Origin: Hydrolagus affinis
Taxonomy: Eukaryota
Assembly (NCBI GenBank): GCA_012026655.1
Contig: JAAILG010000469.1
Location: forward strand, 1-64,000
Reading direction: 5' to 3'
Length of the DNA stretch: 64,000 nt
The position numbers and the translations under genes were made by a program. The notes beneath the pieces are model-generated. The model saw only the letters and a list, made by a program, of their open reading frames with translations. It was not told where the DNA came from and searched no databases. Positions 11,676 through 25,526 of this stretch are shown one piece after another; the first letter of the stretch is position 1; each line of letters starts with the position of its first letter.

Positions 11676-14307
11676 TGGACACAGACAGATAATTCTGAGG
11701 TAAAAGTGATTCATATTAACTACTGTACCAGTAATAAGCCTGAGGATATTAGACTTGATGAAGAAAAATGAAAGGATTAAAAAGATTTGCAAATCTGAGA
11801 TTAATGCTCTTTCTTGCAGTTCTACACATAAAAAATCAATGATGGATACAGTTTAAATACATTGAATATTGTGCAATGCTTCTGAAAAATGTGCACTAAA
11901 AGCATCTGCATGTTTCATGAAATAATTGCTTGCATTGCAGGTCAAATAACGATGAATTATTCCACTTGCTTTATAGTACTATTAGCAGAATAAGTATTTT
12001 CTCTTGTAGCTTGTACGAATTATTATAGATGGATGTCGGGAACCATGCTCCCACCTTTAGAGAAAATGAGAAGTTGCAACTGAAGCTGTGTGTCAGCATT
12101 CTAGCTGTTATGTTGCATCAGCTTCCAAGTCATCAGATTTTTTTTAAAAAAACATCTCTGTTATCCCCTACTAGGGTCTTGCCATCACAAAGAACCATTG
12201 TGCATCCCTTATAATGGCAGATGATTCACCATCACATAGTTTGCTCACCATGCTGAAGTTTCATCAAAAGAATAGACTTTAAAACCATAGCAGAAATGTA
12301 TTAGAACTAAATGAACTAAATACATGCCCATTGAATACTTGCATACTTGCAGAGAGTGGGAATGAGAGTTTTGTACTTGTAAGATAGGGATCTGTGGCTT
12401 CCTCCTGAATTTATAGTGTGTATAAAACGTGTTGTCCAGTTCAAATGACTTACCAATCAGACCAGTATCTTCACTATTCATTCGCAGTTAATTTCTGTTG
12501 ACAAGAAACATTTGCCCTTGAGTTTGATCCAAAGTTCTGGCTGTCAGACTGATTTTACAAGAATCTTCATCAACTGTGTGGTCATCAATCTGATTTGACT
12601 TAAAAGTGATAATTGTTGCTAAATCCCATATTCATTTGACTGTTCAACCACGCCATGTGTGTCTCAAATTGCTGATATTCAGGCCTGAAAACTGGAGGGT
12701 GACCCTTCCCATTTTTCCAGTTAAATGTGCGTATATCACGTTAGATTAGATTAGGGGAAAAATGTTCAAATATTTGGTCATTTCCTTGACATTTCCCCAA
12801 ATTTTATATCATTTTGAAAATATATATTTTTTTGCAATGGTTGGTTTTTCGATTGCAGCAACTCATGGTTGTGCTGTTTGAGACCAGAGCATTGGAGCAT
12901 GAAAATTTGCTGCTCAGCCTTAGGGAGTGCTGAGTTTCAAAATGTCATATTTCAGCACGTCAGCTTCAATTTCAACATTGTGTGCCAAAATGTTGCTTTC
13001 AGAAGTCCAGCCTTCACTGATGTCTCTGATCAAGAGGTTAAAAATTATTTTTGCCCCAGTTTTGTTTCCCCCACCTCTTATATTTGGTGAATTATGCCCA
13101 ATCTTCATGTGTGGTCTTAGGTTAGTAAGTGGCTGCTGAACTGAAGGAGGGAGACTTAATCACAGTTAAGCACTACCTTGTTCTCCCTTAGCATTCACAA
13201 GTAAACAGTTTCCGGGAGGCACGGAAAATAGTTAATACTCGATAGTTACGAAAAGAAAATCAAACTGATATTTGCTGTGCCTGAGGCAATTGTAGTTTTC
13301 TCCATTCTCCCCCCAATCAAGATCATCACTAAGTTCCTCCAAATAAAGACCAAACGTGTCACTCATTACATCACCACTTGTGGCCATCTAAACCATATAA
13401 AATGAAGTCCCAAGTAGTTTATATTGTTCACATCATTTTGCACTGAAGTAATTTTACAATTTTTACTTTTCTGAAATGGATGTGCAACAAATAATGTGTA
13501 ATGAGGAATAATTTTAATGGTACAAATTGTCTTCACATTAATTATCAAAAACTTAATAATAAAAATTAATCCTTGCATTTGATATAGTGCCTTATGTACA
13601 CTCAAGCGTTGTGCAAATGTTTTCTTTTTTACTTTGTATGAATGAATCGTGGGAGCAGTTTCAAGGCAATTGTGTGCTTAAATGCTAATGAATCACCTTG
13701 TCCAGATGTGTTTTTTCAGTGTTAACCACCATTTAAACATTTCTGCTGAACAATTGGAGGCTCCTCAATGACATTTTGTGCAAACTCTTGTTTGATCATC
13801 ATATTCACAGGAAATGTCTTGCTGTTTTGGCTTGCTTATGGTTTTGAAATGTCTGATTTACTATTAAGATTGCCTCTTCATAATCCATTTAGAGCTCATT
13901 TCTAAAACTAAAAAATGTCTAAAGCAAGCTGATGGTCTGTTGCAATAAACTAAATATAGAAAATAAGACATTTACTATTTTTCTAGGTTAACTATTTTTG
14001 AGTATTTGGTGTCCTAAGTTACAAGATTAATGAATGTCCAGTTTTGTATACAAAGTATTACTTTGTGTAGAGTGATAGAATTTGCATTTTTAGTTGTACA
14101 GTGAAAAAAATCGATTATTACAGAATACAATTTGTGTTCTGATGGCAAACCAAAACTGTGGCTGTGAAACTGATTTTCAGTTATGATACCTTGGGTTTGA
14201 GACCATTTTTATCCAGGTAGAAACGTATGAATATTAAGTACAACTTCAAATGTACAATTAGGACAAACCATTTTTTTACACACATGTTATGCATTTTTTT
14301 ATTACAG

Positions 14308-14629
14308 GGTTAGTCAGCAAAGCAAAACAAATCGTATGACAGCAGATAATCTCTCCATTTGCTTCTGGCCTACCCTCATGAGGCCAGACTTTGAAAACCG
14401 AGATGCTCTTACCACCGCCACAGTCAATCAGTCTATCATTGAGACATTCATTCAACAATGCCATTTCTTCTTTTACAATGGAGAGATTGTAGAAATGGCT
14501 ATGCCCCCTGGGGCGCCTAGCACAGGACAATTGGTAGAACCACTATTACCACTGCTGCCGTTACCACCGCCGCCAACATCTCAACAGTTCCAACCACAGA
14601 TGCAGACAGATCAGCTTGGTATCATATGA
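14308..14629 (+). CDS. ARHGAP5: ARHGAP5 terminal coding exon
   Basis: ttacag acceptor; [31 protein letters not shown]...PPPP...QTDQLGII*, matching the p190-B C-terminus (GAP end plus proline-rich tail). Confidence 0.97.
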
Positions 14630-16410
14630 AAACTGAGTAGGAACTGACCTCATAATCAGAAGAACTGACCAAGTTGCTGATATTTGCTAAAGTATGGAAG
14701 ACTCTATAAAGGCGAGGCATTTGCAAACTTTAATAGCAACGTTAATTTCAAACAATTTAGCATTCCTTTCCTGATCATTTTCCAAAGGAGACGTTTGTAA
14801 ATGTGGGTATTAATGGATTTTTTTTAGTATATATATAAAAAAAAATAAAACTGGCTGCAATAAATACATTCCACCTGCTGCATGAAAGCAATCTTGAAAA
14901 TTTCTGTGGTATTGTTTGTGGTTTTCTTCAGAACCTTTTTGACAGTTGTGAATAACAGTTTATCTATAAACTAAATTGTACAAAATGGAGTCAACTATAT
15001 TTCTCAACCAACGATAAAATGTATAAGAACTCACAACCTGTTTGACTGGATTTGACCTTTTATTTTGTGCTGTTTTGGGAGTCATTGTGTTTTGTGTCCT
15101 GACATATGTTTGCGTGGATGGGGAGATGAATATGCTGTCAATATAACAGCCTCCCAACAATTGCACTGCTTCTGAAAATGTGGTTTTAAATAAAATGCCA
15201 GGTGCACTATCATAGACTGTTGATTTCTATTGCACCTTCTGGTATTAGACCTGTGGTAGTCCTGTTTATTTTGGGGGAAGAATCCACTAATTTTAATGAC
15301 CAACAGCACAATACAGATCAGCTCATGAAGCAAATCTGATCTTAAAAATTCCAAGTTTTATCCTATACGTCTCATTGCATTTGTTTCATTTAATTAAAGG
15401 ATAAAATGTAGGCATTTTATAATAACGTTAATTGTTGGAAAAATAATGCATGTGTTTACTTCCTGGTTGGTCTTGTAACTTATCCTAATACATTTTTAGA
15501 TATTGTTTCCTCTTTGGCAGAAGGGGGAGAATGTTGGGTGTATTGGAAAGATGTCATTTTTTTCATAAGATTGTAAATCTTTCCATATTCGACAGCTGTA
15601 CTGCTTTCACCTGTGTTTGCAATAAAGATGGTGTATTAAATGGCTACAAGTACTACTTGTTTCTGTTAACTCATTTTAATGTTACACTAACAAGTAATTT
15701 AGTCATGACTGAAATATTGCTGACACAGCAATAAATATTTTGGGTATCGACAATTACACACTTAACAATTTATGTATGATTATGTAAAGCTAGTATTCAT
15801 GTTACTTCTGTGGTATATTGTACTAAAATTTATTTAGGTTATTCTTTTAGTTTTTTTTGTGCTAACCCATGTATGTGGCACCATTTTGTTTTTAAAAGTT
15901 TTTTTAAAAATTCTTTTCATACCGGTACCCATTTTGCTGTATAATGATGCTGCTTTAAGTAGATTTTTTTAAGTGCTGTAGTTTGGCTGAAGATTACTGT
16001 AAAATAATTTGGTGAGCTGGATGGTAGCTGTACTCAGTGCTTGATGGGGGGAAGCTGGCTGTATGAATAGCATCGATTGTGCTTCGATTCGTAAAGTTTT
16101 CTGTTAACGTTTGCATTTATTTCATGATTTTGTCAAAATACTACTTTTCCTTTTAAGAGAATTGTTAATCATTTGGTACACATTCTGCTGCTAGTATACG
16201 TTTTGTGTAGGTTTGGGTGTTGATTATGTATGAAAATAAATTTGTTTGCTAAATGTTGTAATTTGCCTCAGTGGGACTGGTGTGAAAACTCTTAAGATTT
16301 TGACATCATCTGCAATGTATTATAGTAAATAAATGATTTTGAGAATTAAATCTTAAGAGTTTCATGTACTCCATTTTCCTTAATAAAATTGCTTTTTTTC
16401 TATGAACCTG
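14630..16410 (+). other. ARHGAP5: ARHGAP5 3' UTR (end approximate)
   Basis: Repeat-free U-rich ~1.8 kb after the stop with a distal cluster of AATAAA signals. Confidence 0.65.
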
Positions 16411-16440
16411 TGTTTATACTGACTTAATAAGTATGTGTGA
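16235..16440 (+). terminator. Candidate polyadenylation signals of ARHGAP5
   Basis: AATAAA at 16235, 16328 and 16382; TGTA upstream of the last and TG-rich sequence (CTGTGTTT, GTATGTGTG) downstream. Confidence 0.6.
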
Positions 16441-16902
16441 ATGTACTCGGACCATCATTTTTGTTTCTTTTTTAAAAAAAAACTCAAGATAATTTTGCTG
16501 ATGACAACACTAATAATGATAGTAATCTTTGCAATTGATATGGCATCTATCACGCCCACAAAATGCTAAGGAATTAGGAGAGAAACACAGTCCATGTAAC
16601 AGCTAGTCTCACTAGTCATCATTAATACAAGCCCAGGCCCCAGGTACTTGCTATGTGAAGCATATGAAATATTTGCACTGAAACATTCTGAATACTGACA
16701 TCTATTGGAAATTGAATTGATATTTCAGAATATGTAATGGGAACATGTACAGTTTGAATAGCAATAAGAAATGTTTCATTTTAATTGTGGTATGATCATT
16801 TTAATGTCAATGGGATTTATGTTGCCCTTGAGTGAAATAGTGACCGGGTAGTGTAAGGTGCGGCAAACGAATTTAGGCGTGTTAGGTGTCACCAGAAATC
16901 GG

Positions 16903-17015
16903 CCACAAAACATAGTCAATTCACTTTACAATACTGTACAGTATGTTCTGTGAAGAGCTTTGGGACGTCTAGAAGACTTGAAAAGCACTATATCAAATGC
17001 AAGTATTATTAATAA
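16903..17015 (+). mobile_element. Deu-type SINE 3' fragment
   Basis: AGTCAATTCACTTTACA..TTCTGTGAAGAGCTTTGGGACGTCTAGAAGACTTGAAAAGCACTATATCAAATGCAAG. Confidence 0.8.
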
Positions 17016-19674
17016 TGTTCCCATTACATATTTAACCAATGATTGCTGTTATCTACTTCAAACAATATAATCAGAATTCCATATATTGAATGAAGTCATC
17101 TTACTGTATGATGTCCTAATTCTTGTGCTGCATTGAGGCAATTTTTTTTTATTGTGACAACCTTTAACTACTTCTGACACATGAATAGAAAACTGAGTAG
17201 TGTTCAGATGAAAAGATGCAGTTAAGGTGAACCAAATTTAAGTATTGAAGTATTAAAACTGTTTTTGTTTTGAATGTATCAAAAAAAGGCAGCCGTTCCC
17301 TAGGAAATACTAGTTTCTTCATATTTAACAGCAGCATAAACTAATTTGGACAGATGGCTGAAATGAGGATCTGATGGAAAACGTGCTTTGAGAATGATCT
17401 GGAACATTGTGGAAGATGCAACTTAGCTGATGGTCAGTGGGAGGAATGATGGAATGCGGAGGAAGGTATCACACTGTGGAATAAGTAGCATCAGCTTAAG
17501 ATCAGGCTCAAATCCAGTGCATATACAGAAAACGCGTTAAACACAAACTGTCAAAACTGTCAGTCACGACCCCCCCTGCCTTGTTTGGGTAGGAAAGTTG
17601 CATTGCATCATGTGATTTAGTGGAATTATGGTTGTGTGTTCAGACTTCCCTCCAGGCATATATGGGATGTATGAACATCAAACTGTTCTCTAGTGATAGA
17701 AACTACAAGGCCCCTTTTTGATTGAGTCAATCTTCCCAATAAAACATTCTGAAGTGGTAGCTTTATTTTCAAAAGTTATTTGATGAAATAAGAATGACAT
17801 GTTATTCTGTGTGTTAAATTTCACCTGTGAGGGCCTGGTCTCTTAAACTAATGTTACGATGAAATTACTACCTGATTTGAAAAATAATTATATTGGTTCT
17901 ATCATCTTTCTGTACAGCATTGTGCATTAATGTGACTGACGTTTTAGTGTACAGGTATTTCATTCTCACGTTAACATAGATTTTTATGCAAATTGAATGA
18001 AGTGTAGGCCATAGCAATCCTATAATCCTGCCTTTTTAATTAACAGCCACCCTGGAGCCTAAATATGGTTTCATTTTCAAAGCAAGATATTTCCTGAGTA
18101 AATCAAAGTCTCTTTCCTATCAGGGTTTATGGAGCCGGGGTGGAAGAATGTATGTGATTTCGCATTACAAATGAATTATTTATAAAAGATCTATATCTTA
18201 TTACATGTCCTTCCCCCACATCCCTTGAACTGGAAGTGGCAATATTGAGCACACACATTCATATGTTACATTGCTCACTTTAAAAGGTAAACAAGAACAT
18301 AATTTATATATTATATTTCAATATTATTTTGAATTGTTACACCAAATTTGTACCTATGTATTTGTAAATCTAAAACTGATATCTCAAATGAGTAGATTCA
18401 ATATAAAGATACTTTGTTTCTCCCGGATAGGACGTTTGCAAGACATTGTGAGATCAAATCTTGAAATACTGTATACAAAAACAAGTAAAGTTAGTTGTTA
18501 CAGGGTGGTAGGCACAGTCTCATCATAGTAGGTATCAATTGATCAGTGCATATGAAAAGTATCCTCATAAAAGGAAAACAATGAGAATATTCATGGTAGG
18601 CATGAAGGTATAAATTAGCTGCAGTATTATGGCTGATTATCTCTGGCATGATGAATATTAGCATCGACCTTAAAGTAATCTTTGTGGCTGTGTGAAGACA
18701 GCTGCTCTCCAGTGCTTCTCTCCATGTACCTGTATCTTGCTTATTTGACTGGAGTAAGTTTGCTTTGAGGCATACCTTAATTTACATTTACGTGACATAG
18801 GTAATGAAAAGAACTGAAGCCTTCATACAGATAAACCCAGGATGAAAGCTGTCCGAAGGAAAGATGCAGGGTGTAAAGACGATATGCAGCTGGAAGAGAA
18901 TACAACAATTCCAGTCTTGGAAATGAGATTTTGACTTGTTTATTTTATTTTTACATTTTGGTAACTAGTGAGAGAAGATGGTACAAGATCTTGCTTTGTT
19001 TTTCTAGACGGTGTAAGACATCAGCTGTACACATAAGGAGATGCTGAGAATCACTGTGCCAATGCAGATTCTCTCATTATCCTAATGTGTGCTTCTGGTT
19101 TTAGATCTAATGCAACAAATTGCAAGAAAAGGGCAACATTACTTATTTTCCCGTGGTTATAAATAAGGAGGTGCCATTGTAAAATCAGAATATAATGGTC
19201 ATATCCATCTTTAGTAATGTTCCCAAAACAAATCAAGTGCAGTTGTTGTTGCATTGTAAATACATATTTACTATTCCATGGCACTGCTTTAAGCATGAAC
19301 AAAAAGTCTTGTAAATTATTCATTCTCTATAGGCTCTAATACTTTTTCATTTCATTATTGACAAATAATGAACAGCTTGTTATCACAAAGTTTGTGTAAC
19401 AATGGCAGGAGTAAAACTTTCACTGATGTATTTGACTGCTTTCTCTCACAGACTATACCATTTCAGTTAGTTTTAGACGATTTGTACTCCCAACAGCAAA
19501 TTATTTCTGCTTGCTCTGCCAGCTGGGTTAATGTCAGTTGTGCTTTATTTTTGATGTTTTGTCAGTTTCGGTTTGTTGAAACGAAATGGGGAAAAGACTC
19601 AGGCAATAAACTCAGAAATGTATTCTGCATGAAACAAATTAAAATGAGTCCATGGACATATTTGTGCTCTCCGC

Positions 19675-19940
19675 AGCATCGCCTGAGACTCCACCACTGG
19701 CTCACACTTAAGCCGCCGACGCCCTCATACACACATTCACATTATCCAGGCTCGACTAGGGCCTCTCCAATTCCTCCCTCATAGGCTGCAGATCATCCAG
19801 AACTCTGCAGCCTGTGTCCTCTCCCACACCAGGCTCCACAACCCTTTCACCCCCATCTTCGCCCGACTATACTGGCTTACCATCACACAGAGGATACAGT
19901 TCAAGATCCTGGTCCTCACCTTCAAAGCCTTCCATAGTCT
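19675..19940 (+). mobile_element. L2 LINE ORF2 C-terminal fragment (decayed)
   Basis: Translates across frameshifts to ..ALIHTF..SRLD..LQIIQNSAACVL..WL....RIQFKILVLTFKAFH, typical of L2 post-RT region. Confidence 0.85.
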
Positions 19941-20007
19941 TAAAATACAGCAAAAGCTGCAGTTGCAATACTTGCATTGGCCTTGGACTCTAACCTCCTC
20001 CGCCTAT

Positions 20008-20069
20008 CCTTTGAGATGTCTCGAAGACGTGATAAGGCACTATTATCAAATGCAAGGTTTTATTATTAT
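20008..20069 (+). mobile_element. SINE 3' tail
   Basis: CTTTGAGATGTCTCGAAGACGTGATAAGGCACTATTATCAAATGCAAGGTTTTATTATTAT. Confidence 0.7.
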
Positions 20070-20169
20070 GGATCAGGCGTACATAACCTGTGTGGAACCT
20101 TAGCTTCAGATTTGAACATAGCTGAATGTTCTATCTCTCATCCTGTCCCTGACCAGGAATGCTTTCCTC

Positions 20170-20757
20170 CGCTGCCATATAACATGTCTCCAACTTTGCA
20201 CCCAAGGAAGCTGAAACCCTTATCCACCAATCATCACCTCCTGCTTGGATTTTTCCATTGCTTTCCTCACAGGCTTCCCCAGCTCCACCATGCATAAAAT
20301 CCAATTAATTCACAACTTAACAGCTTGTATCCTCACTTGTATTAAACTCAGTAACCCCCATCCTTGCCAGATTCCATTGGCTCCCTATTTCAGAACAGAC
20401 TGATTTTATGATTTTCACACTTTCATACAAATCATTTAATTCCCTGGCAGCTCTCTACCTTTCTGACCATGTTACATCCATACCTACATGCAACTTTCCC
20501 TCTACTGGCTCTGGCCTCCTGTACGTCCCTCTGCTCCCCCATCAGCATACATGCATTCAGCCATTGGCCCACGAGATTGTGGAACTCTGCCTCAATTTCG
20601 TCGCCTCGCCCACTTCTTGTCCAGCTTCAGAACACATCTGTAGACCTCTTGGGCTGTGCCTAGTCACCTCCTCTCTCTCCCTGATTCATCATCAAGGATG
20701 ATGCCACTGTTAAATGCTCCAAGACACCACTCATGTGAAGTGCGCTATATAAGTTGT
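20170..20757 (+). mobile_element. Older L2 LINE 3' fragment
   Basis: Pyrimidine-rich; remnants of HWLP, LYLSD, RLWNS motifs; ends GCGCTATATAAGTTGTT. Confidence 0.7.
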
Positions 20758-21055
20758 TGGAAAGTTTGAATTGACTTTCAAATGGATCGATTTTTGCACT
20801 CTGTCTTGCCTTTGTGCATTTGCCACTCTCAGCTGGGTCATGTGTTGCAGGGAAGAAACCAAATTGTGAAAATCTCTCCCTGTATCAGTTAACTACCTTC
20901 TTGCTAATGGAGGCCAGAAGTGCCTTTGGATCAGATATCGAGAACCAATCTTTTAGGGAAGGAAAGCCAAAAAGAAACCATTACCCTTATGTTATTGAAT
21001 ATGCAACCTAAAACAAAACCAACTAATTTTAACGTAAATGTATAAAATTATGTGC

Positions 21056-21403
21056 ATAAAATAATAATAATATAATAATCCTTGCATTTGATATAGCGCT
21101 TTTCACATCTTATCAACGTCCCAAAGCGCTTCACAGAATATACTGTAAAGTGAATTGACTGTATATTTGTGGGCGAATCGCGGCAGCCAATTGTACACAG
21201 CAGTGTCCCACAAACAGTCGCGGATTGAAATGACCAATTTTATTATTGTGTGTTTTTTTTGACGGATTATTATTAGGTGTGTGGAGTAAGGAAACTTGCC
21301 CAAGGTTTCGCCCTGACCTGCCTGGATTCGAACACAGGTCTCCACAGCTTGGTCTCCCCAGTTTGCAAGACAAGTGCTCTCTAACCACTAAGCCAGGAGC
21401 TCC
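21056..21403 (-). mobile_element. Full-length tRNA-derived Deu-type SINE
   Basis: Minus strand: TGGCTTAGTGGTTAGAG (A box), GTTCGAATCC (B box), Deu-like core, (ATT)n tail. Confidence 0.9.
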
Positions 21404-22479
21404 ACAAAGTGAACAAAAATCACATGATTTTACAGAGCTTCATTGCATTTTGCAGAAATGTACAACAGGAAAAGGCTTGAATGATTTAATTTAAGCAACT
21501 GAATACTTAGCACGTACTTTGTCTGAATGCAGATGAAAAGAATGAATAGACACTTGCTATGTTATGATGAGGTTTCACTGCTGGTTGAGAATACCAAAAG
21601 AAATTGGCAATTTCACATTGCATTTTTTGGGAGGGGAAAATATAAATGTGTAAATGAAGGTGAGAAAGGTGGGTTGGAAGGATGATGGCCACAAAGACCT
21701 GTTGACCAATGTGGCCAATATTGCTGCTTGAGAGGTGCTGGGGATTGTCCATTAGATTTTCCTTCTCTTTCCACATGCCGGGATTTTCTGCATCCTCTCA
21801 ATGCACCCAGATTGCATTTGTCTGATCTGCTTCTGCATTATTTTCAATCCAGCACTGATAAGATGGCCTCTTTCTCTGCCTTGCTGTCTCTGATATCCTT
21901 GCAATGTTTCTGGAGAGAATTCTCCCCCTATCTATCTTTTATTTTGAAATGTGTTTGATGAATTTGTCTCCTCCAACACAGCTTATTACCTATCAATGAG
22001 AGAAAGGTACCCATTGTACTGGATCGAGTCAGAAGCTTGTTGGATCCTAATGGGGCTGATTGCATGAAGCATGCACCATTTTTCAGGCATTTTGTCTGTC
22101 AAAGAAGATAGATGTGAAGTGAATCCATTGAACTCTTCTATTGTTGCTGTGGCCTCTGTAATTTGGAATTTAGAAACTCCAGTAGATATTGAAACTTCAT
22201 GTTTGGCTGTAGCTTTGCCAACTCTTTGAAAGATGAGACCCTGTGATGCAGCAACCAGATATGATTGTTCTTCTGTCGCTCACACTAACCCTAAGGTTTA
22301 CAATGTTTGGTGAAATGAATTGTCCTTCGGATGGTAAAGAATGCCTTTCTTCTTTACACAGTGCTGACCTTACTGATAGAAGTACAACTTTGTAAAAGAA
22401 GAATGCAAGCAGTAAAATTTATCTGTGAAAATTGGAAATGTTAAATATGATATTGATTATGGTTTCAATTTCTAATATC

Positions 22480-22522
22480 GTTGCTTAGCATTTCATAGCA
22501 ACCAAAGGATCTCCATGGTAAC
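22480..22522. promoter_or_regulatory. Cluster of RFX X-box-like motifs
   Basis: GTTGCTTAGCAT, CATTTCATAGCAAC and ATCTCCATGGTAAC within 43 bp. Confidence 0.45.
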
Positions 22523-23839
22523 AACACCCTTCCTCCCCCACATTGTTGACAAGAGGATAGAGAGAATGATCATGGTTCATATCAGGAATGGGTGGTATTT
22601 ATTTATAGCAAGTTGTATTGTGAGTAGGTTTTTAAAAAATCTATATTTGTATGAAAAAAGGTGGTGGCAAATAATTATTTGAACGCATGAAATTTTTTAA
22701 AAGCAGCAGTAAGATTATCGTTTTCTTAAAAATAAATCTTCAAGTGTTGAATGTGAAAAATGTGGAGTTGCAAGGAACAGCTGGGATATGATCTGGGTCA
22801 TTGAGCTTGTCATCATAAAATGTATGAAAAACGATTGTGTGTTTCTGGGGTGAAGTTTTATTTGTAAATCTGCACAGGATGCGGTGGCCTTTCTGTACAT
22901 TGCTTCCTACAAAGACAGAAACAGTTGAATAAATGCCGACTGCTCGGGAGGTGTTTTTATCATACACCACCTACATGGTTTTCCTTATTTGGTTGAAAAT
23001 CCCCCTTAATTTTATATTTGGATATGTTCTTCAAAATGCTTGATGCAATCAGACTGCAAGAGGTACATCTAGGCTAATCTGGGAATTATTGAATTTACTA
23101 CTGTCACTCAAACAAATGTGAGAGAGAACGAGCAACAGAAAAGCAAGAGGTCCTCTGAACTCCCGTCCCAAAGCCCTCTCCTGGTGAGGATGTGAAATCG
23201 AAAGCCTGTTAGGCAAAATAATTACACATTTAATTTTCTTCCATTACATTTTCATGAATTATATATTATTTTTCATCCTTTTCTTTTAGCTGAAATCTAC
23301 GCGGGGAGATTTCTCTACTCGAATTCAATGACTTGAACAACCTGAAATGAAACCAACCGAATTGAGATGCATTTGGGTTTCATGATGTGCTGCCACTGCC
23401 ACCCAGAGGTTAACAATCATGAAGACACACATCCTGTCTTTGCTCTTTATCAGATATTTCTTTCACTGGAAAGCCACTCAAGAATCTGCAAACATTAACA
23501 GTGCATTTAATGTAGCAACTGTACCCCCTGGTTTCCATGGATTGTAGTAAAGTTCATGAACTCACGTCATTCCCAAGACTGAGTGGCATTTTAAGAACCA
23601 CTAACTAAGATTTATGTCAGAAGGATGCAAACCAGACATGTTTTGATAAATTAACGATGAATGAATAGTTCAATCCATTCCTGAGGTTGCTCAAGGTTGG
23701 TGTTTATTATATCTTCAGTGGCTATGAAAGTGTGAATTTTTTTTTCGGTGCTTTCAGGGTAACATGTGTTACCTCTTAATTTCTTGTTACATCTGCATTG
23801 GCCAGTCCAAAAGAAGTAAAAATACTAAATGAATTATTT

Positions 23840-23940
23840 GAGACAATGTGCAAAAATTTTGAAACTAAACCTATTATATGAACAAAATGGAGACAATGTG
23901 CAAAAATTTTGAAACTCAAACCTGGTATATGAACAAGACG
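23840..23940. repeat. Tandem duplication, 2 x ~50 bp
   Basis: GAGACAATGTGCAAAAATTTTGAAACT(C)AAACCT..TATATGAACAA at 23840 and 23890. Confidence 0.92.
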
Positions 23941-24344
23941 TGGTTTGGAACAGAAATCAATTTCACAGTCTACATAACTCAGTTTCCTTTTTAGCTGACA
24001 CTATCAAACAATTTATTTTCTGTAAACCACTCTTAACCTAAATACACCTTCCCTTGCTGGTTATATTGCTGCTCTATTTCTAAATACAGTATGTGATACT
24101 TTACTTTGATCTGTACATACCTAAAGCAATTTCCAACCAAAGCCCTCATCAAAATAAGTGAAAATATTATTGTTATGTGAGCTAGTTTTTTCCCACTGTA
24201 ACATTCTTATTGAGGTGACAAGATTGTTACGGAAGGAAAGCTAAATTCCAGGTGAAGGAGATCTGTTCATTTCTTTGCTGCATTGCTCGTTTTTTTTCAA
24301 GTGCTATGAACCTCTTCTGTTGTTGTTTCTGCCTTTGAATGCCA

Positions 24345-24468
24345 TGTCTTTGCCTGTCTTCAGATCGCACCTGAAGACTTTCCTCTTCAACCATTTCCCA
24401 TCAGCTTGGTGTCCATCTATGCCATTGTTTAGCGTTCCGAGACACTATATAAATGCAAGTTGTTGTTG
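24345..24468 (+). mobile_element. L2 LINE 3' end
   Basis: FRSHLKTFLF remnant and CACTATATAAATGCAAGTTGTTGTTG tail. Confidence 0.7.
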
Positions 24469-25526
24469 AGACCTTCATTTATTTTTGGACCAACTATATT
24501 AGTATTTAAAAAAACAATTTTCGGTTCAGAATTTCAGACAAACAATTGTGCAAACTCTATTTTTCGGTAAAATGTCCCTGATGACATGTTTTAATTAGGA
24601 AACTGATATGAGGATGGACTTTAATACAGGTGCATATTTGGCTGCATGTTCATAGGGTTATATTATCAGGAAAATTAGGTCATTGCAACCCAGGTGGTCT
24701 AAACAATGGGTAGAGAGAATGTTGCAATCAGATGAATAATACCCAGGTGAGAGGAGCTCCCACCAATTAAGATGAGTCCATTGAGTCACACAAGAAGGAA
24801 TGTTTTCATGTTTGGCGTTAGTTAGTTGCTGGAGTTTTATACCTCAGGGATGAAGCTCTTATCTCTGACTCCAAGGAGTGCCGGGAACCGTTTGTTAAAT
24901 CCACCTGGCTTCAAAATGAGTTTTATTTGTGATTGGATTACTTTGTAAATGGTCTTTAAAAATTGCACAATATTCTGGTTGGAGGGATGCAAAACTGTCA
25001 AGTACATTTTGCCCTTAAAGTGAGCCTTTCTCAGTTGTTTTTGCGAGTTAAAAGTTATGTAGAAGAAAAAAACTCATTTTGAAATAATGATAAAACAAAT
25101 CAGGGTGCAGTCATAAGGCAAAGGTTTGTTTCTTGTATCTCTAACTTTCAAAAATCATAGGAAAAGGGTGCGGTCTTTTGTCATAGAAGAGAGGTAATAA
25201 TAATAATCCTTGCATTTGATATAGCAAGTTATCATTATCCAACAGAGTCAATATGATTGCTACAGGGAGGCACAACGGACTGTGAGACCACCACAGAGGG
25301 TTGACTCGTTTCCAATATTCCATTGCTCAGAGTCAATTCAGCTCCAACTGACCTCCCGCAAGAAGTACGTAGAGTCAAAAATAGTTGGTTATGGTGTTTT
25401 GGAAAAAAAAACACCTTGCAAACTATTGGATGCACACTGGCATAATTGCATAAAATGCTATTTGTAAATGAGATGGTGTTGTATAAATTTTGTTGTATAA
25501 ATTGTGCTGTTTCACTCTGCAGAAGA

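Noticed and set aside
6467-14629. Assignment to paralog ARHGAP35 (p190-A)
   Set aside because: C-terminus QTDQLGII, the NKTDQDNIQ motif and adjacency to AKAP6 all fit ARHGAP5
21500-22300. Possible minus-strand gene downstream of the RFX cluster (about 95 stop-free codons near 21990-22280)
   Set aside because: No recognisable domain, no good start or splice chain, adjacent frames interrupted by stops
23840-23940. CRISPR-like or functional repeat array
   Set aside because: Only two adjacent units without spacers in eukaryotic DNA; a simple tandem duplication
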